In this document: piece after piece, positions 44,871-59,789 of the stretch
Position numbering within the stretch: position 1 is the first letter of the stretch
How the letters are laid out: the number at the start of each line of letters is the position of its first letter
Assembly: GCA_964016885.1 (NCBI GenBank)
Contig: OZ024756.1
Span: 2,046,001-2,110,000, forward strand
Direction: 5' to 3'
Source of the DNA: Eledone cirrhosa
Taxonomy: Eukaryota
DNA length: 64,000 nt
Position numbers and translations under genes: made by a program
Notes under the pieces: generated by a model
Told to the model about the DNA's origin: nothing
Database searches by the model: none
The model's input: the letters and a program-made list of their open reading frames with translations, nothing else

Positions 44871-46417
44871 ACATTTACATTTACATATATCTATATTCAT
44901 TCATTCAGTGTTTCTTTATAGTAATTTGTTGATCTTTTATGTTATGTAATTATGATTTTATCCGTTCTAAGTTCAAATATCCACCGAGGTTGAACTTGCC
45001 GTTCATCATACTGGGATCGATAAAATAAAGTGTCAATTAAGTACCAAAATCAATACAATGGTTTCTGATCTAGCCACGGGACGAACAATTTTATGAGAGG
45101 AGAAACTCGATTAATTCGAACTTAGGGCTTTTGAAAGAACAAGATTGAATACAAGTCCATCTCCTTATCAATAACTGGTATTAGACATATGTTGTATAAC
45201 AAATGTATGACATAAGATGCTGTCTAAATGAGTGATGTAATAACATCACAGAAGTACGTATTACAGCACATTACACAACGGTTTCTGATTTAGTCACAAG
45301 TTAAGCAATTTTAGGGGAAGAGAAATTGAATTAAGTTGCTTCCAGTACATTACTGGTACTTTATTTTATCGACCCCCGTAAGGATGAAAGTCAAAGCTAA
45401 CCTCGGCGGAATTTGAACCCAGAACTTAAATGGCCGCAACTCTATGTTGTAAAGCATGGTGTCCGACGCTCTATTGATTCCGCTGCCAATTCACCAAAAA
45501 TCAATATAATAGACTTACTCTCGGGTCTCGAATAATCGTCTCCCTCACCACTTATTAATCTTTTAGTCTCAGCCCCCCCCCCCCCCCCGCTCTTATCCCC
45601 CCCTCTTATTTCAACCTACCCACCCCTGCTCTTATTTCAACCTACCCACCGCGCTCGTATTTCAACCTATCCACCCTCACTTTGCTAATCTATCTCCAGC
45701 GAAATTTTATTTTAAGTGGTAGCATTCCTGCAACAATTAATTTTCTTTAGACATTAAAAAAATCCATTTTCCATGACAGCAAAGTACATTACTCGACTTC
45801 TCATATGTTATACAATAAATAGGATGGGTCGGGCTTCCATTATGTAAACTAAACTAAACAACTAATTCTCGTTTTTCAAAAATAAATCTAGGGAGACAAC
45901 CTAGAAAAATTACTGTTTTACCATCCAATGCTTACTCCACGACCCAATAACTCCAACTCCCTCGTTTATTCCAACCACCCCCATATTATATTGCACACGA
46001 GAGTACACCTACCTTCAAATTGGTGGCGGTGTGTCAATAATTGGAGCATTATTTAACCTGAGATAAAAATTAACATTATTTCAATAATTATTATTAATAC
46101 ATAAATTGCAAATAATCTAGATTATTGAAAAACATGTTTTAATAACCTAAAAGCAAAAGATAAGAGCGTTGTGAATATATATACACCCAGTTTAAGGTAA
46201 ATACGACAAACATTTTTATGTTGGTTTAGAAAATTAATTAAGTACGGTGGTATATATATATATATATATGTATATATACACATATTCATATAAATATATA
46301 TATATATATATATACATGTATAGAGATATATATATATATATATGTATATGTGTATACATATATATATATGTATATATGTATATATATGTATATATATATA
46401 TATATATATGAATATGA

Positions 46418-46468
<51 letters not shown>

Positions 46469-46496
46469 CATACACACACGCACATATACACAGGAC

Positions 46497-46552
<56 letters not shown>

Positions 46553-47261
46553 TCATCATCATTTTACGTCCGCTTTTCCCTGCTTGCAAGGGTTGGATCT
46601 TATATATACAATATATTAATAAATGGAAACTATATTTATAAAACCATAATTATTTTATTATATTCAAGGGCAACCAAGGCAGTCTTGGTGCGCTTTCATC
46701 AGATAAAATACAAGATGGTTTTATAAATATAGTTTCTATTTATTAATATATTGAATATTTACTCCAGTAATTTCGTTGAGTGCTTTATATCAGTTATAAA
46801 TCTTTAAGCTTGTTGGAATCCCAACAAATTAAATATAACTTCTGCATATATATATATATGTATATATATATATACATATACACAGATATATATCTACATA
46901 CACACACATACATAATATTTATATATATATACATATATACACATACATATATATATGTATATATAAAATAATATATATATATATATATATATTACTTTAT
47001 ATATACATACACACACGCACACACTCACACACAAATATATATATATGGGTGTGTGTGCATATATATATCTGGGTGTGTATATATATATATATATGGGTGT
47101 GTGTATGTTCGTCAATGTACGTCAATACTCATCTTTTTCGATTTATCTGAGGGTTCTAAACACCATTATCAGACTAAAATTTCTTTAGTAAAAAAATACG
47201 GTGAAAGCTATTCTATTTTCTAATTTTAAACCTGCTCACTGTTTCAAAACATATTTACTTG

Positions 47262-47304
<43 letters not shown>

Positions 47305-47418
47305 CTATATATATAAATATATATATATATATTGTTATTTTGGGAGATGGTGATGTCACCAGTATTTCCAATAAACACAATATGATTCTCACTATTTCTA
47401 ACCACACGCCTTCACACT

Positions 47419-47528
<110 letters not shown>

Positions 47529-47589
47529 CTGCCAATACTGGAATTGAACTTTCAAGACCGTTGAGGTATGTCATACATCAATTCATGTA

Positions 47590-47651
47590 TTTTATCTGAC
47601 GAGGACGTACTGAAAAAACAGCACAATACCTTCGAAATATATATAATAAAA
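47590..47651 (+). ncRNA. Minimal hammerhead with degenerate stem II
   Basis: ttttat-CTGACGA-ggacgtac..ccttc-GAAA-tatata-TA-ataaaa. Same family as 34344. Confidence 0.6.
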
Positions 47652-47719
47652 CATATATTTTGATTATGTGACTGACTTCATTTATTATTATTCTGAATAA
47701 TATATATATATATCCATAG

Positions 47720-47840
47720 TACACCACTGTATCATAGACACCCTATATATTTCCAGGGGTACTTAGTACCTGTGGAGATATTAATCTCCTTTTATATTAC
47801 TCCGTTATGTTGAGAACAAATCTGTTGTTTTATTTAGCTG
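47720..47840 (-). pseudogene. Possible GIY-YIG endonuclease remnant (Penelope-like)
   Basis: Reverse complement of 47741-47803 translates in one frame as GVI*KEINISTGTKYPWKYIG. Confidence 0.35.
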
Positions 47841-48174
47841 CTATTTTTAGTGGCGTGACAGAGAATTCGTCTATGTTTACTCCCTGCTTCTACTAAGGGC
47901 TGGTTCATGCATAGGTCAACTTTACGGCCTCATTCGATCCTGTGCTAGTTGGCAGGTGGCAATATATTTTGCCGTTCTTGGGACTTCTGTCCTAGGAAAG
48001 GAAAATGCTCTCTGATGGTTCTGAACATGTCCATTCGAGATCCCTAGGATCTCCAATCTTTTGTAAGGTGAGACCGTCGGTAAAAGCAAATGGATTAGGT
48101 AAATATTTAAATTATATTTTTTAATTTATTTTGAGAAATTGTTTGAATTTTACTTGCTCCGCTTATCTCAATTT

Positions 48175-48237
<63 letters not shown>

Positions 48238-48238
<1 letters not shown>

Positions 48239-48950
48239 AAATTGAGATAAATCAAATGAATTTAATCTAAATCAAAATTATGGGTGTCATGCCAGAAAGA
48301 CATGCACCATATCACCCGCAAAATAAGCTCTAAGATTCTAATGAGTAGGTCCGAGCATTTTATAATAACTAGAAATTGATTAACATATAAATAAACATAA
48401 ATAATCACAGGAGATAATTTTTACAAGTGTGTAACCACACATAGCTAGGTAGGTAACTAAATAAAGTTGACCAGAACTTCAAAAATAGATACCTTATAAT
48501 ATGATTAATCTTCCCTGTATATATTCCATTAAAGAAATATATTTCACCAATTAATCGGATGATAAACCACGGAAGTGGAGACTTGGATTTTCAACAAGGA
48601 AGAAGTTCCAGCGATCCGTGTTTACACTTCAAGTTCAAATCAGTGACTGTCCAGCACCACGTGTTGTATTTACTAGAAATACACACATCATACTGGCTTC
48701 GTCCCAGTGGCGTGAATAGGGTTATCGACAACTAGAAACAGCATTAATGAGGTCCGATTAATTGGTGAAATATATTTCTTTAATGGAATATATACAGGGA
48801 AAATTAATCATTTTATAAGGTATCTATTTTTGAAGTTCTGGTCAACTTTATTTAGTTACCTACCTAGCTATGTGTGCTTACACACTTGTAAAAATTATCT
48901 CCTGTGATTGTTCATGTTTATCTATATGTTAATCAATTTCTAGTTATTAT
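48238..48950 (-). mobile_element. Long fold-back element
   Basis: ~200-bp arms 48362-48559/48752-48950, ~190-bp spacer, tail on the left, (TA)n flanks. Confidence 0.7.
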
Positions 48951-49041
48951 ATATATATATATATATATATATAGGAAAAGTAAATAACAACAAGGAGTAC
49001 AGTTACGAACGATGTTATGTGTGTATATATATATATATATA

Positions 49042-49262
49042 TAACGAAGGAAATATGGTAAGGAATCAGGTGGACCATAACGCACCAAAGTACTCAATAC
49101 TTAGGGTAGTAGAGTGGGTAATAGGAACCTGTAAGACCCCGACGGCTGAGCTCAAGCCGTTTCGACGGCTAATTCTGGACTAAAAAAAAAATTTTTTTTT
49201 TTTTTCAGTCCAGAATTAGCCGTCGAAACGGCTTGAGCTCAGCCGTCGGGGTCTTACTGGTT

Positions 49263-49265
<3 letters not shown>
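49042..49265 (-). mobile_element. Fold-back element, 'gacccc' family, with tail
   Basis: Hairpin with an A-run/T-run apex. Confidence 0.75.
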
Positions 49266-49324
<59 letters not shown>

Positions 49325-49591
49325 GAGTTGACGGACCCAGCATATTTAACAATACATATATATATATGTATTGTTGAATATGCTGGGTCCGTGAACTCCT
49401 TATTATATATATATATAATATATGGCGGTGGATTGGCAGTATCGGTAGAGTATCGCATAGAGTTACGACCCTTGCCATTCTGAGTTCAAATCCCGCCGAG
49501 GTTAACTTTAACTTTCATCCTTACGGGGTCGATAAAATAAAGTACCAGTAATCTACTGTTTAATTGCTGGCCTTGTGCCAAAAGTAGAAAC

Positions 49592-49622
<31 letters not shown>

Positions 49623-49625
<3 letters not shown>

Positions 49626-50173
49626 TGTACCGACGGCATTCGCGGCCCAAGCTTTTCGCGGAGTTTTCCTTAGAAACTAACTAATAATTGTTTCTATTTT
49701 AGGCACAAGGCCAGCAATTACCCAGTACATTACTGGTACTTTATTTTATCGACCCCGTAAGGATGAAAGGCCAAGTTATCCTCGGCGGGATTTGAACTCA
49801 GGCTGTAAAGGGACGTAACTATGCTAGAAAGCGTGGCGTCCGATGCTCTACCGATACTGCCAATCAACCGCCCTTAACTAATAATGGTTCGTAGAAACCA
49901 CCGCATGTTCGCGGAATCGTAAATAACTTCCGCTATTTTCTATGGCTTTCTCGTGGCAACATATAATTTTTAACGCTAAATTATTAATAACAATATACCG
50001 TATATTCCGGCCTATTGGTCGCCCCTTCGCATAAGACGTTTCCTCTTTTTTACCTGAAATTTTAACATTTATAGGGATTTTTATGGACCACGTCCATAAA
50101 AAATCCACAAGAGTTTTTAACTCTTCGCGGGTGCTCTAGGAACGTAATCCCCGCGAATACCGGGGGTCAACTG
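49623..50173. mobile_element. pogo/Tigger-like MITE interrupted by a family A SINE (49689-49874, -)
   Basis: ta|cagtg...caactg|ta ends. The SINE is flanked by the 11-bp target duplication taactaataat (49678-49688, 49875-49885). Confidence 0.7.
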
Positions 50174-50316
50174 TATATACATATATATCTATATATATGT
50201 ATATATATATATATACATACATACTTATGGGTTAGAACGACGTGTCAATATCATTAGGTCTATTCATTAAACTATATATATATATATATATATATACATA
50301 CATATATATATATACG

Positions 50317-50351
<35 letters not shown>

Positions 50352-50443
50352 GATGAGGGACTTATATTATTTTATTACATGTTATCCATGTGCAACTAGC
50401 AGTATTCTTCTCCCCATTTTTTCATATATATATATATATATAT

Positions 50444-50692
50444 AAAGTGACACAGAGGAGACTGAGGTTGGCTGGACATGCTCACCGACATCCAGAGTTG
50501 ACATTGCACTCAGTGCTCCTTTGGGAGCCCCTACATGGACACACTAGAAGAGGAAGACCAAGGTTAACATATGTTGATGCCCTAAGGACAGACACCGGTC
50601 TGTTGGAGATGCAGGATATGGCAGCGATAATGAGGGACAGAGACCGCTGGGGAGAACTCGTCCATGGATCTCGGGAATTTTACCCGCCTTAG
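50444..50692 (+). mobile_element. RTE/RTEX-type LINE 3' fragment
   Basis: RRLRLAGHAHRHPE..VLLWEPLHGHTRRGRPRLTYVDAL..DRDRW. Confidence 0.8.
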
Positions 50693-51009
50693 ATATATAT
50701 ATATATATATATATATACATACATATATATATATACGTATATATATATATATATATACACACACTATAATATCAGTGTAATGTGTAGACACTGGGGTGAG
50801 TGAAGGCTGTCAGTGTGTTAGAGATGTTTGCAGACGACATTAGTTGACGTTTGGGAACACTTTGTCATCACGTTCTTAATTTTGTTGACAATTATCGCCC
50901 TTTGTTGATGTTTGGTGATCTTTGAAGTGGCTGCCTGATATGAAATGTCATTGTTGACAGTTTGTTGCAAGGCAAATAGAAGGCTGAAAATGGACAACTA
51001 ACCTATCAA

Positions 51010-51041
<32 letters not shown>

Positions 51042-51144
51042 ATATATATACACACACATATATATATATACATGTATATATATATATATATATATACATA
51101 CATACGTATATATATATATATATATAAATATATATATATGTATA

Positions 51145-51256
<112 letters not shown>

Positions 51257-51333
51257 CATACGTATATACACACACATATATATATATATACATATATATT
51301 TACACACATATATCTATATCTATATCTATCTAT

Positions 51334-51399
<66 letters not shown>

Positions 51400-51547
51400 A
51401 TTTTGAGTATATGTTGGTTGTATACCACACCTCAGAATGCAGAATGGAGCACTCGACGGTGTGCGGATGTTGGTTTGGTTACTCCGGAGTAATGTAAAAT
51501 AAAATAAAATAAATAAGTCAAATGTTTAAAATTTAGCTTCGTTTATT

Positions 51548-51602
51548 ACTGCTATATATATTTTGGTGACAGCCATCTTTGGCTGTGACCTCTTCAGGCA
51601 GT
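51548..51602 (-). ncRNA. Minimal hammerhead with a G12A lesion
   Basis: Reverse complement actgc-CTGAAGA-ggtcacagcca aaga tggctgtcacc-AAAA-tatata-TA-gcagt. Confidence 0.6.
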
Positions 51603-51712
51603 CCGAATTAGTGTGGTAGAGACAAGTACATATGTTGTTGAGGTGTATAATATTGTCTATACTCTGAAATGCCCAGTTCCTGGTTGGGTTGTTGTTTCAC
51701 GGAGGAACTGGA

Positions 51713-51767
<55 letters not shown>

Positions 51768-52164
51768 CGTTCATCAAAACAAGGTAAAATAGATAGAAGA
51801 AACAGAAGGGGTGGGGATGGGGTGAGGCAGAGAGATAGAAGGAGAGATAGTGAGATAGAGAGATCGGAGGGCTGCAGACAAATGATGAAATAAGGGTTAA
51901 ATAGTTGTTGATGGAAAGAGGAAGAGAGTGGCGGAGATAGGGGGAGAAAACGAAAGTAACAGAGAGGGGGGAGGGGGAGGGGGAGATAGGGAGAAAACGA
52001 AAGTGAAAGAAAGGGAGGGAGGGCGAGATAGTGAGACATTATAGAACCCATTTCTACATTAAATTTTTTATACCGTATATATATATAAATGTCGATACTT
52101 ATGCTTACTTCCCATATTATGAATCCTCCTAATGTTCTTTGACAAACTTCTGACCTTTATTATA

Positions 52165-52211
52165 TACTCCGATGAATCCGGCCTTGTGCTAGAATGAAAC
52201 GATCGTAAGTG
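52165..52211 (+). ncRNA. Degenerate minimal hammerhead (CCGAUGA core)
   Basis: tact-CCGATGA-atccggc cttgt gctagaat-GAAA-cgatcg-TA-agtg. Stem III palindrome ACGATCGT. Confidence 0.5.
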
Positions 52212-52341
52212 ATTAAATATTTTAAACACTCTTTGATTGTTATTTAAAAAGTATTTCGGCTTTGAAGTATTGTCGTTATTTTACATTGAGCTATTTTCAT
52301 GTAATTGGATAATATTTAATATTACCCACATTCTATATATA

Positions 52342-52417
52342 TAGTATAACAATATCGGTTTCAACACACGGTTTCAGATAAAGAATCTTGCTAAACAATT
52401 TCGAAAACGAAATATAT

Positions 52418-52511
<94 letters not shown>

Positions 52512-53003
52512 TTTTTGAATTTGTTTAGCAAGATTCTTTATCTGAAAACGTGTGTTGAAACCGACATTGTTATACTTTGGGAGGGTCATGTTGCCAATAA
52601 GAAACACACACACCAACTGCTTTCACTCCATCTTGTTTGTGTGTGTGTTGTGTGCTTAGTTGTTAAACACATAAAAACACACACAGACACCCGGATGTAA
52701 CACATGCGTAAACTAAGCACATAACACACACACAAACAAGGTGGCGTAGGACAGAACAAAGGAGAGGCACAAAACAAAGAAAAGAATCCCCGGTCACTGA
52801 TGAGGTGACAGAATGTGTGACGAAAGAACTTTGATAATATATGAACAACCGTCCGGTTGTGGAACCAACTAACCAACCAACCAACCGACCGACCGAAAGT
52901 TATACATTTCTTAAATTTATAATTTAACTTAACTTATAATAAATTGGAGTAAAAGCAACTGGTGCGTGTGTTTTTTATTGGCAACATGACCCTCCCACTG
53001 CAT

Positions 53004-53010
<7 letters not shown>
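52342..53010. mobile_element. Fold-back element with hammerhead at 52793-52836 (+); same family as 9737-10175
   Basis: gtca-CTGATGA-ggtgacagaatgtgtgac-GAAA-gaac-TT-tgat. Inverted arms gggagggtcatgttgccaataa / ttattggcaacatgaccctccc. Confidence 0.65.
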
Positions 53011-53051
<41 letters not shown>

Positions 53052-53752
53052 CAGGATTTTAACAGTTTTAAACTAGCAAGACCATACACTATCCCAAGTA
53101 TCGAGTATCTTGGTCAGCCTTTGAAATATTGATGTTAGAGCTGTTAAATCTTGCATGCATTAATTTCAATTCTTATCAATAACTGCATTGTTTCTTTCCA
53201 TGGACTATACTGAAAAATAAACCTCATTTGGTCATTCCATGAGAGTATCTTGGTCAGCGAATGAACTTTTCGACCGTAGAACTTTTCAGTCCACCCTCGT
53301 ATGCATATATGTATATATGTATATATGTATATATGTATGTGTCTATGTATGTATGTATGTGTGTATATATGTATATATGTATATATGTATATATGTATGT
53401 GTCTATGTATGTATGTATGTATGTATGTATTTTGTATGTATGTATGTATGTATGTATGTATGTATGTATGTATGTATGTATGTATGTATTTTGTATATAT
53501 GTATATATGTATATATGTATGTGTCTATGTATGTATGTATGTATGTATGTATGTATGTATGTATGTATGTATGTATGTATGTATGTATTTTGTATATATG
53601 TATATATGTATATATGTATATATGTATGTGTCTATGTATGTATGTATGTGTGTATGTATGTATGTATGTATGTATGTATGTATGTATGTATGTATGTATG
53701 TATGTATGTATGTATGTATGTATGTGTGTGTGTATGTATGTATGTATGTATG

Positions 53753-53783
<31 letters not shown>

Positions 53784-54487
53784 GCTGTGTTTAAGCTCGG
53801 TGGGGTTTCCGGTTTAGTCGCCGAGGACCCAACCATGAGACATGTTGGACTGTGTTACATGTAACCAATAGCACTCGAGAGCGACCTGATGAGGAGGGTG
53901 ATATCTGGACACCCTGTGGGATGAAATACAAGACCCGGCAAAGGGCGGAGTAACTCAGCAGAGTCAACGGCCATCCAAATAATACTTTTTATTTTAACCT
54001 AGGAGTGAAAGGCCTCCAGTTGTCACAACACCTTTCTAGGAGAGGGAAACTCTTAAAAAAAAAATCTGCGGCTTCGGAAGCATCCGATGATGTTGACCAG
54101 TGTATATATAAACATTACATTATATACATGAATTGGCAGTATGTGTAGAGGGTCGGACACCATGATTTGACGCATAGAGTTACGGCCCTTGCCATTCTGA
54201 GTTCAAATCACGCCGAGGTTAACTTTGCGGGGTCGATAAAATAAGTACCAGTAATGTACTGGGTAATTGCTGGCCTTGTGCCAATAGTAGAAACAATTAT
54301 ATACATATATATCCATTACATTATACAGAGATTTCCAGAAAAGTTTAGCTACCATGTCCGCGAACCGTGTATAATATACAGTTTCGATTTCAGGCTGAAT
54401 GTATCCTCCCACGTTTTAAAAAATATACTTTACGTAAAAATGTACATACATATACATACATACACACACACATATACATATATATAT

Positions 54488-57400
54488 AGATTACTTTCTT
54501 TTTATTTGCCACCAGGGCATCAAAAGTGGGACAAGTACAAAGGGGGGAGTTTACATGCAAAGGCCTCCTCAATATGGAGGAGGCAATAACAAGATATAAA
54601 AGTATAAAAATAAAATAAAATATAACAAAATAAATTTTGTAACAAAATCCTCAATAGGGAGGAGGCGCCTTGGGGGGGGGGGGGGGGGTCGCACACACAC
54701 CCGAAAAATAGTGTGCAACCCTTCTCCTCAGGAGCACAGAGAGGGGGTGCTCCCTTGGTCTTTCATCTTCCTCACCTATAGTCTGATGTAGAGTGAAGGC
54801 CCATTCACACGTGCCATTCTCGCCACTTTCACCCCTCTTTCATAAAAACTGGCTGGAGTGGATCACCTCTCTCTCCATCCTGATCCTTCTTCCGAAGTGA
54901 TATCGGAAGAAACGGACCAGTTGTTGGCCAGAGAGAAAGGTGTCTGAACTCAGTCCTTTCAGACGCGTTCACCATCCAACCTCTTTCGCCATGGCTATTA
55001 CGCACAGAAACACTGCCTCTCCTTCGTTTTTGAAGAGGGGAGGCGGCTTGATCGTTACAATAGACTCGGTGGTCAACCGGATCGGTCCCACCCTTGACAG
55101 CAGTTGTTCGACATAGCCCCACAGATCGGCAATGCCCGAGCAGTGTACCAAAGCGTGTGCAACGGTTTCCTCGTCGCACACGCATCTGGGAAAGATCTTT
55201 TTCGAGGGGTCCCTACCCGGGCGCCCGTGTCTGTAGAGCCTTTCTCGAACGGGCAGAGCCCCTCGGTAGCACTGCCGGGCCAGGGACCTCTGGAAGTTAT
55301 CCATGGGTCCCGGGCTGAATGTCCTACCGAACAAGTTGTCCAGTTCGTCTTCCTCCATGCCTAGGGCTTCTCCGAGGGCGTCGTCGCAGCTGCTAACCAC
55401 CAGCCCTCTATAGAATGACGAGGTGGATTCTCCACTGACAGCCGGGTCCGCCTGCCAGAGAGCCGTGAGCGCCTGGGAACACTCGGTGTACCAGGCGCCC
55501 AGTTTTCTCGGTCTTTGATTGACGCTGGATTGCAGCTCGGTGAGTGAAACGAGTCTGGGAAAGGCTCGCCTCACAAACGGGGCCCACACCGGTTGACCCG
55601 TGAGGAATACCTGGAGGTGCCGTAGCCTTAATGCGTGTTTACGTATCATTAGCCACGGCATCCCCAGCCCTCCTTTCGAAGGGTGTTGACAGCAGATGGA
55701 TCTCCTCACCATAGGAGCCCGCTTCTTACAAAGTGCGCGCTCCATTTTGGCCGGTGTTTCCCTTGGGCAAGGCACAACGGTCAGGCGGTAGTAGATGACG
55801 GACGCTATATAAGTGTTCGCCACCTCCGCCCGACCTTTCAGGGACAGTTTGCACTCGGCCCACTTCTGGGTCAGTGCAAACACCCTGTTCGTTACCTCAC
55901 CCCAGTTCTTCTCCACCTGGAGGTCTGGTCCGAACCAGACCCCGAGCAACTTCACCGGCCCTCCGTCTAGCGTCCGACAACGCCATCGAAGGGCATCGAT
56001 CTGCCCCTCCACGTGCCGAGTTGCAGACCGATCGACTTGTCCCGGTTCAGGTTAGCCCCTGTAAACCTTTCGTACTCCTCCAGTAAGGTGCCGATCGCCC
56101 CGATTTCCGAGGCTGTCGACACCATTACTGTTACGTCGTCGGCGTAGGCCGACACCGCTTTCCGCAATCCCGGTTCGAACGGGATACCCTGCAACAACTC
56201 CAACTTCCGCAGCAGTGGTTCTAGAGTCATTACATACAGAAGGGAGGAGAGAGGGCACCCTTGTCGGATGGACCGCGCGATTTCGAATGGCTCCGAGAGG
56301 TAGCCGTTCACCTTGACCCTAGAGCAGATGCGGCTGCTGTGCATGGCATTGATCCAGCCCCTGAAAATGGGTCCGAAGCCTGCCGCCGCTAGCACCGCAT
56401 CCAGATAACCATGGTCGACCCTATCGAACGCCTTAGATTGATCTAAGTTGATCAGGGCCCCACCAAAGCCGGGTCGTTCCCAACCCTCTCTATGATGTAT
56501 CGCGTGAGGTGGAGGTTGTCGTGGATGGACATGGACGGGATAGCACATGTCTGCGCATCTCCCACCAGGTTGCCCACGACAAGCGCCAACCTCTTTGCTA
56601 GCACCTTGGCCAAAATCTGTAACTCTGTATTTAGCAGAGTTATGGGCCTGAAATTATTTATATCGTCCCCCTTGTTCTCGTCCTTCCTCAATAGCGTGAC
56701 TACGCCCTTGGTCACAGCACAGGGAATTCTCCCGTTCTGTTGCCAGTTGCAGTAGACCGCCTCGAGGAGATCGGGGAACAAGTCCGGCATAGCTAGATAC
56801 AGTTCGTATGGAAGACCATCGAGACCCGGGGATTTGCGTTTGCCGCATTGGCTCAGCACGTCCTCTATCTCAGCGGCTGAAATCAGCTCCTCGCAGGACT
56901 TCACCTCCCTGTCCGAGAGATGCGGCAGGCCGTCGAGGTATGGACCGAAGTCCACATCCCCAACCGGCTCCCCGCCCCTTCCGAACAATCCGGCAAAGTG
57001 CTTTTGAAAAGCCTTGCACATCTGCTTAGGTTCAAGGATCACCCGTCCATCCTGGTCTCGCAAAGACCGGATAGTGGATCTGCTCCCTCTTTTGGCTTCT
57101 GTCACGCGGGCCCAGCTAACAGCTTTGGTCCCCTCGTTTCCCAGAGCACGTATTTTGCTTCGGACGATGCAGCCTTCGTGTTTCGCGTCGAAGAACTGGC
57201 CCAGGGCCGTTCTCGACGCTAGCACTCTGGCCGCGTCGCCGCTTCTAATTGCCTCTTCTACACTATCTACCAACTCCCTTTCCTTCCTATTTCTATTTGA
57301 GGCTAACTCCTTACTAAATTTTATAGAGACTACTCTAATCTCTCTTTTGAGAGATCCCCACCACCTGCTGTTGACGATGGCGCCCGTCAACCGCTCCTTA

Positions 57401-58157
57401 ACTAAAGTGCTAATCCAGTCCCTGTAAGCCTTACTTGCCGGTAAGGACAAGTTGAGCTTCCAGTAACCGGGTCCCTGTCTATGCGTACTGTCAAGGTTGA
57501 CCATGCAGCTCACTAACTTGTGGTCTGAATAGCCAACCATGCGCATTTTTGGACAACTTAAAAAGTCCTTATCCTTATTTCTAACTAAGAACCTATCTAG
57601 GTACGATCTAGATGATCCGCTGCGATTTGCCCAAGTCCAGGTTGGCGCAGTCGGAAAATCTAGTCGATATCTATCGGCCAGGTCAAATCGACCGATTAAC
57701 CCTTTGAGGCTATTACACCCCTCTCTATCGGGACAGGCCCCTACGTAGTCCCAACGTGCATCTAGGATACCATTCCAGTCCCCCACTAATAGCAAGGAGC
57801 GAGACGTCCCTAGAAAAGTCTCCAGACGATGGAAGAAGTCCGGCCGCATTGACCCGAAAGGGCCGTAGGCGGCTACCAACCTAAACGCTCCGCCTTCAGC
57901 ACTGCCAAAGTCCAGAACCACTAGTCGACCCTCCGGGTCCAAATGTACCGTCTGTGTTGTGAGAGCCAGATGTTTTTGCAGCAGAACGACAACCCCACCC
58001 CCACCGGGCTGACAGAGAGATGCGTGCATCTCAAAGTCATCAAAGGTGGGGGCCAGCTGTCGCACGTTGCTAATCCGGGCCTCGCAAATAACCATCACAT
58101 CTATACGTTGTGACCTGAGGTCATTTAGAAGCAATGCGTGCTTCTAAGTTGAGCCCA

Positions 58158-58158
<1 letters not shown>
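54488..58158 (-). mobile_element. Tx1/L1-clade LINE, near-complete ORF2 (APE, RT, zf-RVT), frameshifted
   Basis: ORF 56452-58134 has APE motifs GDWN, SYLDRF, SDHK, then PGYWKLN and KSPGLDG..FRPITLLN. ORF 55967-56548 has KAFDRVDH, RQGCPLS, AYADD. ORF 54969-56012 has GGLG and ETVAHALVHC. The 3' end matches the 29.2-kb copy. Confidence 0.92.
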
Positions 58159-58212
<54 letters not shown>

Positions 58213-58932
58213 TAGATATATAAATGCGGCTTCTGAAGCATCCGATGATGTTGGCCAGTTCTCCTTTTCGGGTAGTGTTTTCGATGCTCAGAGAGTGGGA
58301 TTGGTCGAGTGCAAGGCCTTTCCCCACTTAAAAAAACCTTCAAAGCACAGGTATTGCTTGTTCAGGATCTGTTACAGGTTTGTGTGGCTGGCCGTAGCCT
58401 AAACGTACACCATTTTCTGTAATTTGACAAGCGATTGCAATACTCTCAGAAGTTTGCAGCCGTCATACTGTGTGTATATATGTATATATATATGTTTTAT
58501 ATATGTGTAGCTGAATGTGTGTGTACAGTTATTGTGAAGGAAGGTTCCCGTATTATCTGACATTTACACTTTAACAACTGTACCAAGTTCCCACTGCACT
58601 CTATCTTACACTAATACAATTGAAACAATAAACACGTATTCTAAAGCAACACAAGACCACAGCAACAACAACAACCGCAACAACAACAACCACAACAACT
58701 ACAGCACAATAAACACAATGCTACATTAATAAATGAACACATACATAGATATTTTAATATATTAGGATCAACATTTCTATATCTTCTCAGCCTCTCCATC
58801 TGTGGACCTGCAGAAATGTCAGTTGATACAGTGAATAAATTGTTATGTAAACTTTGGTCTTCTTCCAAACATATATATAGTTCCTTTTTAATAACACGGC
58901 TTTCCAAATGTCACGTGAAAATGGCATATTAG

Positions 58933-58972
<40 letters not shown>

Positions 58973-59207
58973 GTATTTGTAATTATAATCCTGTCCCTTC
59001 CATATTTGACTTGTTCTCCATATGTTAGTATTATGTAACTTCATAGCTTCCATTTTACATGGTTTACACTGTTACCTAACTTTTATGATGTTTCCATTAA
59101 AAATTTTCTGAAGCTGTTTTGTTTAGGAAATTATTGAAGATCAGATAGAAAAGTTGTTTGGTGGCGTGTGTCTAGTCGTTGAACCAGATTATATCCCTGT
59201 CAATATT

Positions 59208-59247
<40 letters not shown>

Positions 59248-59789
59248 TGGAAGAAGGATAGACATACGTGAAACCTGCGGTGTTTATAGTCTCTGGTCAT
59301 TTTTTCGTGGCACTAATATCACACAAGAGTTTGTTTCTATAACATTTGATGCGAAGTTAGTTTTTGAGCTTTAGTTAAAAACACATTCCAGCCCCAGTGA
59401 GAACTTTACGCCCTGAAACCATAAAGAGACTGCAAACGTTTCTTGGCCTTGATCAGAGCATCCCCTGAATCTGCAACAATGAAATACCGCCAATTCCATA
59501 GTTTCCATCACTCGCGAGGGTATATAAGAATGTGTAGTATAGAAGGGAACTCTCCTGTTTGTGCAGTTTGTTTAGGAGGTAAGGGCCCCAGTCTTGCTAT
59601 ATTCTGCATGCCTTCGTCTTCTAGAAAGCCCATAACAAGCGGACTTGGAATTATTAAATCAAAAAAAGGAAACTAGTCCGAAGCGTTGACAGTAACGAGT
59701 TGACAGCAATCATATACACATACACGCACACAAACACGCACGAACACACACACACACACATACATTTATATATATATATATATATATAT

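Noticed and set aside
53890-53945. cCTGATGAggagggtg..caccct..GAAA as a hammerhead
   Set aside because: Extra bases lie between the stem and GAAA, and I could not form a stem III, UH site or stem I.
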